NCBI GenBank assembly: GCA_963813155.1
Contig: CAWEYG010000001.1
Coordinates: forward strand, 19,897 to 51,896
Source of the DNA: an uncultured Acidobacteriota bacterium
Lineage (GTDB): Bacteria > Acidobacteriota > Thermoanaerobaculia > UBA5066 > DATFVB01
DNA length: 32,000 nucleotides
Direction of reading: 5' to 3'
Shown here piece after piece: positions 7,520 through 16,181 of this stretch; within the stretch, counting starts at the first letter, position 1, and each line of letters begins with the position of its first letter. The notes under the pieces were generated by a model. The model saw only the letters and a list, made by a program, of their open reading frames with translations, was not told the origin of the DNA and made no database searches. A program made the translations under genes and the position numbers.

Positions 7520-8937
7520 CCGACGGCCGCCACGACTCCTATTCCGACCCGCTGACCGAACGGTACGCCTCTCCCGACATGTCGCGGATCTTCTCCGCGC
7601 GGTTCAAGTTCGAGACGTGGCGGCGGCTCTGGGTCATCCTCGCGGAGGAAGAGAAACGCCTCGGGCTCCCGATTCCCGACGAAGCTCTCGCCCAGATGCG
7701 GGCAAAGGTCCCGGAGATCGACTTCGCCGCCGCCGCGGCCCACGAGAAAGAAACGCGGCACGACGTGATGGCGCACGTGAAGACATTCGGAGAAGCCGCT
7801 CCCGCCGCCGCGGGGATCATCCACTGGGGCGCGACGTCCGCGTTCGTCGCGGACAACGGAGACCTCGTCCAGATGCGCGACGCCCTGCGCCTGCTCGAGG
7901 GCCGGATCGCCTCGTTTCTTCGAAAACTGCGCGCTTTCGCGTGGGAGCACCGCGCGGTCGCGTGTCTCGCCTACACGCATTTTCAGCCCGCCCAGCCGAC
8001 GACCGTGGGAAAACGCGCGTGCCTGTGGGCGCAGGATTTCCTCTGGGACCTGCAGGAGGTGCGGAGGGTCCGGGAAGGCCTTCGTTTCCTCGGCGCGAAA
8101 GGCGCGACCGGAACGCAGGCTTCGTTTCTCGCCCTGTTCTCCGGCGATTCCGAAAAGGTCGAAGCTCTGGACCGCGCGGTCGCCGAACGGGCGGGATTCG
8201 GCCGCCGCCAGCTCGTCTCCGGCCAGACGTACTCGCGCAAGCAGGATGCATTCGTCCTCGCCGCCCTCTCGGGCTTCGCCCAGTCGTCGCACAAGTGCGC
8301 GACGGATCTCCGGCTGCTCCAGCACGAAGGCGAGATCGAGGAGCCGTTTCTGAAAAACCAGGTCGGATCGTCCGCGATGCCCTACAAGCGCAACCCGATG
8401 CGAGCCGAGCGGGCCTGCGCGATCGCCCGCCACGTGATCGCGCTCTCGCTCGACCCGGCGTTGACGGCGGCCACCCAGTGGCTGGAGCGGACGCTCGACG
8501 ACTCCGCGAACAAGCGCCTCTCGATCCCCGCCGCGTTCCTCTCCTGCGATTCGATCGCGCTCATCTTCGACGAGATCTTCGCGGGCATCGAGGTGCGCGC
8601 GGACGCGATCGCCGCAAACCTCGAGCGCGAGCTGCCCGTCCTGGCGACGGAGAACCTCCTCATGGAAGCCGTCCGGCGCGGCGGCGACCGCCAGGAGCTG
8701 CATGAAGCGCTCCGCGTGATGGCGCGGGAAGCCGCGCGCCGCGGCGAAACCGCGACCCTGGCGGAAAAAATCGCCGCGGACGCCCGATTCCGTCTGACGC
8801 GGGAGGAAGCCGACGCCGCCGCCCATCGCGGCCTGACGGGGCGAAGCGCCGAACAAGTCGAGATGTTCCTGCGCGAGGAGCTCGATCCGGCGCTCGCGGA
8901 AGTCGAGGCCGCGAAGCCGGAGGGGCTGCGGGTCTGA
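7516..8937 (+). CDS. purB: Adenylosuccinate lyase (long ADSL-type)
   Basis: The ORF 7357-8937 has a junk N-terminal extension. The TTG at 7516 gives [56 protein letters not shown], colinear with the ADSL-type PurB N-terminus. The fumarate-lyase signature [12 protein letters not shown] is present. Confidence 0.92.
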   Translation: [473 protein letters not shown]

Positions 8938-8949
8938 AGGGACATTTCT

Positions 8950-9011
8950 CCCTCTCCCCTTGCGGGAGAGGGTTGGGGTGAGGGGTGGCCCCCAGGCTCG
9001 CCCCCTCACCC
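8950..9011. repeat. GC-rich double-hairpin (REP-like) intergenic element
   Basis: Hairpin 1 pairs ccctctccc (8950-8958) with gggagaggg (8964-8972) across a 5-nt loop. Hairpin 2 pairs gggtgagggg (8976-8985) with cccctcaccc (9002-9011) across a 16-nt loop. There is no U-tract. A third gggggagagg copy lies at 9066-9075. Confidence 0.6.
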
Positions 9012-9108
9012 GCCGCTTCGCGGCGGCCTCCCGCGTCCACGGGTCGGTCTGCAGGCTGCCCACAGGGGGAGAGGCGAAAGGAATACCGCCCCCGTCCTCG
9101 CTCTCGGG

Positions 9109-9744
9109 ATGCTGGTTCTCCTCCTCGCGTCCTGCGCGAAGAAGCAGGCCGTCACGGTTCCGCGCGCGCGCGTCATTCCGCCCCCCGCCGCGCCCGGGCA
9201 GACGGAAGAAGGGCTCGCGTCGTGGTATGGCGGCAACGACGGCTTCGAAGGAAAGCCGACCGCGTCGGGGGAAATCTTCGACGGCACGAAGATGACGGCC
9301 GCGCACCGCACGCTGCCGCTCGGCACGTGGGTCGAAGTCCTCAACACGTCGAGCGGAAAGACCGCGCGCGTGCGCATCAACGACCGCGGCCCGTTCATCA
9401 AGGGACGGATCATCGATCTCTCCCACGTCGCGGCCGTCGCCCTCGGCGTCGTCGGACCGGGCGTCGCGCCCGTGCGAATCACGGTCGTCGAGCCGGGACC
9501 CGCCGTCCTCGAGCTCTCCGCGACCGGCCGCTGGAGCGTGCAGATCGGCTCGTTCGCCTCGGCGTATCGGGCCGAGCTTCTCGCGGACAAGATGCGCGCC
9601 GCCGGCCACCGGGTCTACACGGAGCCGTTCGGCGGCCTGACGCGCGTCAAGGTGGGACCCCTCGGCTCGAAGCCCGCCGCCGTGAAGGAGCTGCAGCGCC
9701 TCGAGGCGGAAGGGCAGGAAGGCGTCGTCACTCCCGAGGTTTGA
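9109..9744 (+). CDS. rlpA: Septal ring lytic transglycosylase RlpA-family lipoprotein with a C-terminal SPOR domain
   Basis: Lipobox MLVLLLASC. The DPBB core reads GLASWYGG..GKPTASGEIFD....AAHRTLPLGTWVEVLN..GKTARVRINDRGPF. The C-terminal WSVQIGSFASAYRAELLADKMR... is SPOR-like. Confidence 0.88.
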   Translation: MLVLLLASCAKKQAVTVPRARVIPPPAAPGQTEEGLASWYGGNDGFEGKPTASGEIFDGTKMTAAHRTLPLGTWVEVLNTSSGKTARVRINDRGPFIKGRIIDLSHVAAVALGVVGPGVAPVRITVVEPGPAVLELSATGRWSVQIGSFASAYRAELLADKMRAAGHRVYTEPFGGLTRVKVGPLGSKPAAVKELQRLEAEGQEGVVTPEV

Positions 9745-9750
9745 GCCGGG

Positions 9751-10881
9751 TCACCGGGCCTCGTCCGCGGGCGTGGACCGCCCTCTCCAGACGACGTTTC
9801 GCGAGACGATCCGGCGAAGCACGGACCGAACGGCGATCCCCGCCCACACCGTCACCATGAGGAGGTGGAAGGGCGCGCTCCAGGCCGGAGTTCGCGAAAT
9901 GCGCGCGACGGCCAGCCGGCCCGCGAGGATCGCGGCGATCGAGGCCGCCGCGACGACCTTCGCGAAACCGCCCGCGCCGGACAGCAGCACGACATAGGGA
10001 GCCCATGCGAGAGCGGTGAAGAAGAGAATCGAGGGCGAGGACGAGCGCGGAAGAGCGAAAGAGATACGCGACGTTCTTCGTGAAGCCGTCGGCGACCTCG
10101 CGGAGGCCCTCGTACATCCGGACGCGGACCTCGTCGCACGCGGTGAACGCCCTCACCCCGAACCCGGACGACTTGATCTGGCGCGCGAGCGCGACATCGT
10201 CGATCACCCGGTTGCAGAGGAGGCGGAAACCGCCGCTCTCGGCGAGGGCCCGCCGAAAAACGAGATTTCCGCTCCCTCCGCCGATCGCGAGCCGCCGGAG
10301 GCCCGGCGAATTGAACAGGAAGCCCGGGCCGAGGTAGAGCAGCGCGGCGAGGTTCGGCATGAGCACGCCTTCCCAGAACCCTGCGGTCACCATCCGCGGC
10401 AGAACGCAGAGAAGACCCGAGGTCCTCCGAAACGGCCGTCGAGACCGCTGCGCGAAGGGTCGACGGCACGTACTCGACGTCGGCGTCGACGATCAGGAGA
10501 AGCTCCCCCTTCGCCGCCTCGACGCCGAGCGCCAGCGCGTTCGGCTTGCCGAGCCAGCCGGGCGGCGGCTCCGCTCCCGGGACGACGCGCAGACGCGGCG
10601 AGACCGACCGCATTCGATCCAGGATCGCCACCGTCCCGTCGGTCGAGCGGTCGTCGACGACGACGACCTCGAAATCCGGATAGTCGGACGCGAGGTGCGA
10701 GGCGACGGCTCGCTCGACGCGCGCGCTCTTCGTTGCGGGCGGGAATGACGATGGAGACGAACGGCCAGCCGTCCGCGGGCGGAGGGCCGAGCCGCAGAGG
10801 CCGGAAGGAACGCCAATTGAGGACGAGACACGCGAGCGAGAGGAGCGAGGCGGTCGCGGAAATCCAGGCGAGCGCGGTCAC
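9751..10881 (-). pseudogene. Family-2 glycosyltransferase, three apparent +1 frameshifts
   Basis: Colinear pieces in frames 0 -> 2 -> 1 -> 0 (top coordinate mod 3):
- MTALAWISATASLLSLACLVLNW..WPFVSIVIPARNEERA
- VERAVASHLASDYPDFEVVVVDDRSTDGT...LLLIVDADVEYVP..VSEDLG
- LLCVLPRMVTAGFWEG...NRVIDDVALARQIK..FTKNVAYLF
- ILFFTALAWAPYVVLLSGAGGFAKVV...VWRGRSTPADEAR-TGA

The shifts lie near 10719-10726 (gcgcgcgc), 10416-10418 (ccc) and about 10026-10033. Confidence 0.8.
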
Positions 10882-10917
10882 GGCGCGATCAAGGGCGGCG
10901 GCGCTTCGAGGCCTCGT

Positions 10918-11619
10918 TTAGAGAGAGGCGGCCCGGGATTGCGCGTCGCTCAGGTAGAGCGAGTTCGGGTAATCGCTGACGATCCGCTGGTAGGTCGCCT
11001 TCGCGTCGGCCGGAGAGCCCGATTTCTCGTACAGGCGCGCGAGCTCGATCAGCAGCGCGTCTTTCGGCACGGCGGTCGCCGACGACTCGATCGACCTCTT
11101 GGCCCTCTCGATCGCGTCGCGGGTCTTCCCCTGCGATTCGAGGGTCCGGATCGCGTCGAGCTCGGCGGTCGCCGCGAGGAGGGACCGATTCCCCCGCGAA
11201 AAGCGATCGAGGCTGCCGAGGTCGGCCTTGCCCGGAGCGGAGCGGGCGGAGAGCACGATCGACGCCTCGCGGCCCGACCGGGTCGCGCTGAAATCGGCGG
11301 CGGCCTTGAGCTCTTTCTCCGCGTCGGCGTCGCGGAGAGCGGAGGACGCATAGGAGGTGCCCGACGCATCGATCGCGGAGGGTTCTCCTGCCACGGGGCT
11401 CGAGAGAATAGTCAGCGCGCGAGAGAGGTGCTGCGCGGCTTCGGATTCGCGATACGACCGGAAACCCACGAAGGCCCCGACCAGGACGGCGAGTCCGGCC
11501 GCCGCGGCGATCGCTTCCAGGGATCCCTTCCGGTGCGAGGAGACGAAGTGAATCCCCTTGCCGACCGTCTCGAGGACCTCGTCCCGCTTCAGTTGTTCGC
11601 GGCTGAGCTTTTTCATCAT
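10918..11619 (-). CDS. Membrane-anchored TPR-like protein (YfgM-like architecture)
   Basis: The real start is MMKKLSREQLKRDEVLETVGKG, inside the 426-aa ORF; the upstream part is antisense to thiD. There is a single TM helix AIAAAAGLAVLVGAFVGF, then a helical-repeat C-terminus ending ..AKATYQRIVSDYPNSLYLSDAQSRAASL. Confidence 0.7.
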   Translation of the reverse strand: MMKKLSREQLKRDEVLETVGKGIHFVSSHRKGSLEAIAAAAGLAVLVGAFVGFRSYRESEAAQHLSRALTILSSPVAGEPSAIDASGTSYASSALRDADAEKELKAAADFSATRSGREASIVLSARSAPGKADLGSLDRFSRGNRSLLAATAELDAIRTLESQGKTRDAIERAKRSIESSATAVPKDALLIELARLYEKSGSPADAKATYQRIVSDYPNSLYLSDAQSRAASL

Positions 11620-11656
11620 AAACGGGTAACTTATAAGAAGGAGTAGACTGTCGTCA

Positions 11657-12442
11657 ATGGCTCCCAAGGTTCCCGTTGCCCTCGCCATCGCAGGCACGGA
11701 CTCGGGAGGGGGCGCGGGCCTGGCCGCGGACCTTCTCACATTCGCGGCGCACCGCGTCTTCGGGACGGTCGCGGTTGCGGCGATCACGGTGCAAAACACG
11801 CGGGAGATCACGCGCTCGCAGGCCGTCGCGGCGGACCTGCTCTCCGACCAGATCCACGCCGTCTTTTCCGATTTCTCTCCCTCCGCCGTCAAGATCGGAA
11901 TGCTCGCGACGGCCGCGAACGTTTCGGCGACGGCCCGCGCCCTGCGCAAGTGGAAGGCGAAGAACATCGTGCTCGACCCGGTGCTCCTCTCGACGACCGG
12001 AGTGCGATTGCTCGCTCCCTCGGCGGTCGCACCCCTCAAGAAAGAGCTCATCCCGCTGGCGGCGGTGCTGACGCCGAACCTCCCCGAGGCGGAGGCGCTC
12101 GTCGGATTTCCGATTCGCGACGAGGGGGACCGGCGCCTCGCGGCAGGCGTGCTCGCCGACCTCGGCGCCGCGTCGATCCTCCTCAAAGGAGGGCACACGA
12201 GCGGAAATCAGATCAGCGACCTCTTCTTCGACGGCAAGCGATTCCTCGAGTTCCACAATTTCCGCGTCGCAACGACGGCCACTCACGGAACGGGCTGCGC
12301 GCTGTCCTCCGCGATCGCCGCGAACCTCGCGCGCGGCGCGAAGCCCGCGGAAGCCGTGAAGAACGGAATCGAGTACCTGCGCGGCGCACTGAAGCGGGGA
12401 ATCTTCCCCGGCCAGGGCTTCGGAACCCCGGGACACTACTAG
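11657..12442 (+). CDS. thiD: Hydroxymethylpyrimidine/phosphomethylpyrimidine kinase
   Basis: 261-aa ORF colinear with ThiD: VALAIAGTDSGGGAGLAADL, AVKIGML, VLDPV, LTPNLPEAEAL, LLKGGH, and THGTGCALSSAIAANLARG. An AAGGAG sequence lies upstream. Confidence 0.92.
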   Translation: MAPKVPVALAIAGTDSGGGAGLAADLLTFAAHRVFGTVAVAAITVQNTREITRSQAVAADLLSDQIHAVFSDFSPSAVKIGMLATAANVSATARALRKWKAKNIVLDPVLLSTTGVRLLAPSAVAPLKKELIPLAAVLTPNLPEAEALVGFPIRDEGDRRLAAGVLADLGAASILLKGGHTSGNQISDLFFDGKRFLEFHNFRVATTATHGTGCALSSAIAANLARGAKPAEAVKNGIEYLRGALKRGIFPGQGFGTPGHY

Positions 12443-12473
12443 ACCGTCCGACGGGAGCTCGGCCGGCGCCACG

Positions 12474-13298
12474 TCACGGTTCGAACGACGAATTGAGCTC
12501 CCGAGAAGTCACCGCGTCGTCTGCGAACGTGAACGTCCCCTGATCCCGCATTTCCCTCGCGGCGCGCAGAAAGGCGCCGAGCGCCGAGCGGGAAAGCGCG
12601 CTCCCCACGCTGACGCGCCGCACGCCGATCTCGGAAAGCTCGGCGAGGCTCAGCCGGGCCCCCTGAAGCCCCATGACGACGTTCACCGGCCGATCCACGG
12701 AGCGCACGACGGCCACAATCTCCTCGCGCGTGGTCAGGCCCGGCGCGTACAGTACGTCCGCCCCCGCCTCCTGAAACGCCTGAAGCCGACGGATCGTGTC
12801 GTCCAGATCGGGCCGTCCCAGGAGATAGTTCTCGGCCCGGGCCATCAGCGTGAAGGAAAACGGGAGAGCTCGCGCGGCCGACGCGGCGGCGCGAACCCTT
12901 TCCGCGGCGAGCGCGAGCTCGTAGATCGGCTCGTCCGTCCGACCCGAGTTGTCTTCGATCGAGCCGCCGACGACTCCCGCCTGCGCGGCGAGGCGAATCG
13001 CCTCCGCAGCCGCCTCGGGATCGTGCCCGAAACCGTTCCCGAGATCGGCGCTGACCGGCAGGTCCGTCGCCGATGCGATCACGGCGAGGTGATCCATCGT
13101 CGCGTCGCGTCCGACCGTGTTGTCCCGCCGCCCCAGGGAAAATGCATGGCCGGCGCTCGTCGTCGCGAGCGCCTCGAAGCCGAGACCCGCGAGCAGGCGG
13201 GCGGTTCCGGCGTCCCACGGGTTCGGGATGAGAAACGCGGCGCTTCTCTCGTGAAGCGCTCGAAAGAGACTCGCCCTTTCCGACTGGGAGACCATCAC
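12474..13298 (-). CDS. Isocitrate lyase/PEP mutase family protein (PrpB-like fold)
   Basis: 274-aa ORF with FLIPNPWDAGTARLLAGLGFEALATTSAG, DLPVSADLGNGFG, GVVGGSIEDN and VLYAPG. The start region overlaps the upstream stop (GTGATG). Confidence 0.85.
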   Translation of the reverse strand: MMVSQSERASLFRALHERSAAFLIPNPWDAGTARLLAGLGFEALATTSAGHAFSLGRRDNTVGRDATMDHLAVIASATDLPVSADLGNGFGHDPEAAAEAIRLAAQAGVVGGSIEDNSGRTDEPIYELALAAERVRAAASAARALPFSFTLMARAENYLLGRPDLDDTIRRLQAFQEAGADVLYAPGLTTREEIVAVVRSVDRPVNVVMGLQGARLSLAELSEIGVRRVSVGSALSRSALGAFLRAAREMRDQGTFTFADDAVTSRELNSSFEP

Positions 13299-14137
13299 GT
13301 CCTCCGGATTCCGGCCGGGACCGCTTCGGCCAGGTACATCATCCGCGAAACCGCGCCCCGCTCGGAGAGCGCGATGACCGTCTCGAGGTAGCTCCGTTGA
13401 GCTCCGTAACGCTCCGCGCCTTCGACTGCCTCGAGCTCGTCGCGATGGGCGATCCGCGATGCGAGGCGTCCCTTCGCCGACGCGATCAGCGCCTCCGTCC
13501 GGTCGGCGCTTTCGACGAGACGCAGGCCGGCGCCATCGAGAGACCGTTCGTTGAATCCCGGGGGCACGAACCGCGTGAAGCCGTGAATCGATCGCCGCGC
13601 CGTTTCGGCCTCCGACAGCGCTCCCGAGACGACGCCCGCGTCGGTGAACAAGAACCGTCCCCCCGGCGCGAGGATTCGCGCGACCTCGCGGAAGACCGCC
13701 GAGCGGTCCCGGAGATGAAGGACGACGTCGATCGAGACGGCCGCGTCGAAACTTCCGGAGGGAAACGGCAGCGGATCGTTCGAGTCGCCGACCCGCACGT
13801 CGACCCGGCCGCCGAGGCCGAGCGAAACCGAGCGAGCCCTCGCGGACTCGATCGCCGCAGGGCTCAGATCGATGCCGGTCGCGCGGCAGCCGGCCTGCGC
13901 GGCGAGAAACGTCAGCGGACCGCCTGGACCCGAGCCCAGGTCCAGGAGCCGGCTGGACGCCGTCAGCCGCAGCCGGGGGATGTCGAGCATCAACTCTTCC
14001 GCGGTGACCCAGGAATGCTGCCCGATGTCCTGCCCGTATGCGTCCCGCCGATGCCGCCGCATGAGCGGCGTGTCGAACTGCTCGTACGAAAAATCGTAAC
14101 CCCGGGCTTCCCCCGGGTTCGAATCCGACAAGGTCAC
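13295..14137 (-). CDS. Class I SAM-dependent methyltransferase
   Basis: 280-aa ORF with motif I LLDLGSGPGGPLTFLA, post-I GIDLS, then ..FDAAVSIDVVLHL and ILAPGGRFLFTD. The GTG start overlaps the DinB stop (GTGA). Confidence 0.85.
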   Translation of the reverse strand: MTLSDSNPGEARGYDFSYEQFDTPLMRRHRRDAYGQDIGQHSWVTAEELMLDIPRLRLTASSRLLDLGSGPGGPLTFLAAQAGCRATGIDLSPAAIESARARSVSLGLGGRVDVRVGDSNDPLPFPSGSFDAAVSIDVVLHLRDRSAVFREVARILAPGGRFLFTDAGVVSGALSEAETARRSIHGFTRFVPPGFNERSLDGAGLRLVESADRTEALIASAKGRLASRIAHRDELEAVEGAERYGAQRSYLETVIALSERGAVSRMMYLAEAVPAGIRRT

Positions 14138-14622
14138 CGCCCTTTCTTCCTAGTCACTGCGATGTCCCGCAGGTGCTGCCGGGCGTGCTCGCACTCGTCG
14201 GCGAGCACCTGTTCCAGCGAGCGGCGCCTGGGACGCGCCCCGGCGGAATCGACGAGCCGGACGGACCGCTTCATCCCGCCCGGCGCGGCGCGCGCGAGCC
14301 CCGCGACGTGGCCGCAAAGCGCTTCCAGCAATCGTAGGGCGGGCTCGAGCGGCGCCCGGCGGTAACCGAGATTTTTCACCCAGCGCGCGTCGGGATACAT
14401 CCACGACCAGTCGAACGTGCAACCCGGCTTGCCGAGGGCAGCGAGCGCGATCGTCGACGCGACGATGTTCGCCTCGACGAGATGGTGCGCGTACTCGAGG
14501 ATCGAAAGCCCTTCCGAGCCGCCGCGCCGCCGGAGATCGCCCGCCGAAAGCTCCCCGACCGCCCTCCGGAGCTTGCGCGGGATCGCCTTCCACCGAGTCA
14601 GGGTCTTCCCCCGGCCTTCCAT
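14134..14622 (-). CDS. DinB-family (four-helix-bundle, metal-binding) protein
   Basis: 162-aa ORF with LEYAHHLVEANIV... and a C-terminal ..ADECEHARQHLRDI histidine pattern typical of the DinB/YfiT-like family. Confidence 0.8.
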   Translation of the reverse strand: MEGRGKTLTRWKAIPRKLRRAVGELSAGDLRRRGGSEGLSILEYAHHLVEANIVASTIALAALGKPGCTFDWSWMYPDARWVKNLGYRRAPLEPALRLLEALCGHVAGLARAAPGGMKRSVRLVDSAGARPRRRSLEQVLADECEHARQHLRDIAVTRKKGR

Positions 14623-14640
14623 GCGACCTCTACAGGATTT

Positions 14641-15141
14641 TCACTTGGCGGGCTCGGAATCCGCGAGCCCCCGCCCGATCGAGCTCACGATCGGGATGGC
14701 GACGAACGGGATGTGGCCGATCAGTTGGATCCACCACCGAACGGTGATCGAGGGAGGCCGATGCGCGAGAAGCGGAATCACCAGGAGCGACATCACGATC
14801 CAGATGAAGGGACCGAAGAGCGAGGCGACTTTCACCGTGCCAAAGGGACGGCCGAGAACGCTCCGGAGGCCCGGAGAAAGCGTCACCAGCCCGAGAAAGA
14901 CGGCAGACCAGCCGAACGCCGTGCAGAAATGGAGGAAAACTCCGAAGAGCGACGCCGGGGTTCCGCCCTCGAGCGCCTGCGGGCCGAGCACGACGCTTGC
15001 GACGCCCCGCCAGAGCCGCCCGACCGTGGAGTGGTAGAACGCGACGGCGAGAATGCTCGAGAACAATCCGTCGCTGATGCCCGTCAGCAGGCCGGCCCGA
15101 ACGAGCGTCGCGATTCCCCCGGTCCTCTGCACGGCGATCAT
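14641..15141 (-). CDS. Integral membrane protein of unknown function (about 4 TM helices)
   Basis: 166-aa ORF with hydrophobic segments (LFSSILAVAFY, LFGVFLHFCTAFGWSAVFLGLV, LFGPFIWIVMSLLVIPLL, IQLIGHIPFVAIPIV). I recognise no family. Confidence 0.65.
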   Translation of the reverse strand: MIAVQRTGGIATLVRAGLLTGISDGLFSSILAVAFYHSTVGRLWRGVASVVLGPQALEGGTPASLFGVFLHFCTAFGWSAVFLGLVTLSPGLRSVLGRPFGTVKVASLFGPFIWIVMSLLVIPLLAHRPPSITVRWWIQLIGHIPFVAIPIVSSIGRGLADSEPAK

Positions 15142-15159
15142 TCTAGTGCGCTGCAGCCC

Positions 15160-15501
15160 TCAGCGAACAAGCGGAAGGGAGCCGGTGATCGAATCGATCG
15201 CGGCCTCGTCCGCAGGGCCGATGCCCAGGCACGTCACCGTGCCGGGCGCGACGACGGTGCGTCCGGCATCGGCCACGACGTCCGCCGGGAGACCCGCGTC
15301 CACCGCCTGCCGGCGAAGAGCGAGCAGCTCGGCCGCCGTTCCGCAGCCGAGCACGACCTTCGCCATGCCGTCCGCGAGCCATGCCGTCTGCGCGGCCGCG
15401 GGCGCGGCGAGAAACGCGGCGAGTGACGCGTGCGCGACCTGCGACGCGAGCTTGCCCCGCGGAAGTTCCAGCGACTCGTTGACGACGATGACCTGCTTCA
15501 C
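15160..15501 (-). CDS. pth2: PTH2-type (archaeal/eukaryotic type) peptidyl-tRNA hydrolase
   Basis: The GTG at 15501 gives VKQVIVVNESLELPRGKLASQVAHASLAAF...VVADAGRTVVAPGTVTCLGIGPADEAAIDSITGSLPL. This is colinear with PTH2/PTRH2 (..GKGK.AAQ..HA.. and DAGRT.I..GS.TVLGIGP). The start overlaps the upstream stop (GTGA). Confidence 0.8.
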   Translation of the reverse strand: MKQVIVVNESLELPRGKLASQVAHASLAAFLAAPAAAQTAWLADGMAKVVLGCGTAAELLALRRQAVDAGLPADVVADAGRTVVAPGTVTCLGIGPADEAAIDSITGSLPLVR

Positions 15502-16163
15502 GATACGGCTCGCCCGCCCGGGCGGCGAGTCAGGATGACATGGGTCGCCCGCTCGCCGGGCACCCACTTCGCGCATTCATAACCCAGCGCATGCAGATCG
15601 ATGCCGTGGAAGAGGTTCTCTCCGGACCCGAGCAGGACGGGACGGAGGGCGAGGTGCAGCTCGTCGATCAGTCCGGCGCCCAGATACTGCCGGATCGTGG
15701 AAACGCCGCCGCCCAGACGGACATCGCGGCCGCCCGCCGCGGCCTTCGCCTGCTCCAGAGCCGAGTGGATCCCTTCCGTGACGAATCGAAATTCCGTGCC
15801 TCCCGCCATCCGAAGAGGAGCACGCGCGTGGTGCGTCAGCACGAACACGGGCGTGTGGTACGGCGGCTCGTCGCCCCACCACCCCTTCCAGCTCTCGTCC
15901 GGCCAGGGGCCCCGAACGGGACCGAACATGTTGCGCCCGAGGATCCACGCGCCGAGCCCGGCCATGGCCTGCTCTGCGAAACCGTTGTCGACGCCGGTCT
16001 CTCCGCCCGGTTCGCCGTGCATCTTCTTCCAGACGCGCGTCTCGAAGAACCACTCCATTAGCTCCGGCCCCCGCACTCCGAGCGGATTCTGGAGATCCTG
16101 GTTCGGACCGGCGCCGTAGCCGTCGAGCGAGATCGCGAAGCTTTGGACGCGGAGTTTCGACAT
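15498..16163 (-). CDS. Dihydrofolate reductase-family protein (RibD C-terminal domain type)
   Basis: 221-aa ORF. MSKLRVQSFAISLDGYGAGPNQ, VFVLTHH and LIDELHLALRPVLLGSGENLF are typical of RibD_C/YwjB-like reductases. Confidence 0.85.
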   Translation of the reverse strand: MSKLRVQSFAISLDGYGAGPNQDLQNPLGVRGPELMEWFFETRVWKKMHGEPGGETGVDNGFAEQAMAGLGAWILGRNMFGPVRGPWPDESWKGWWGDEPPYHTPVFVLTHHARAPLRMAGGTEFRFVTEGIHSALEQAKAAAGGRDVRLGGGVSTIRQYLGAGLIDELHLALRPVLLGSGENLFHGIDLHALGYECAKWVPGERATHVILTRRPGGRAVS

Positions 16164-16181
16164 CAGGACCCCCGCTGAAAC

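Noticed and set aside
11620-11656. TPP riboswitch upstream of thiD.
   Set aside because: The whole intergenic region is 37 nt, far too short for a THI element (about 100 nt), and it shows no conserved CUGAGA-type core.
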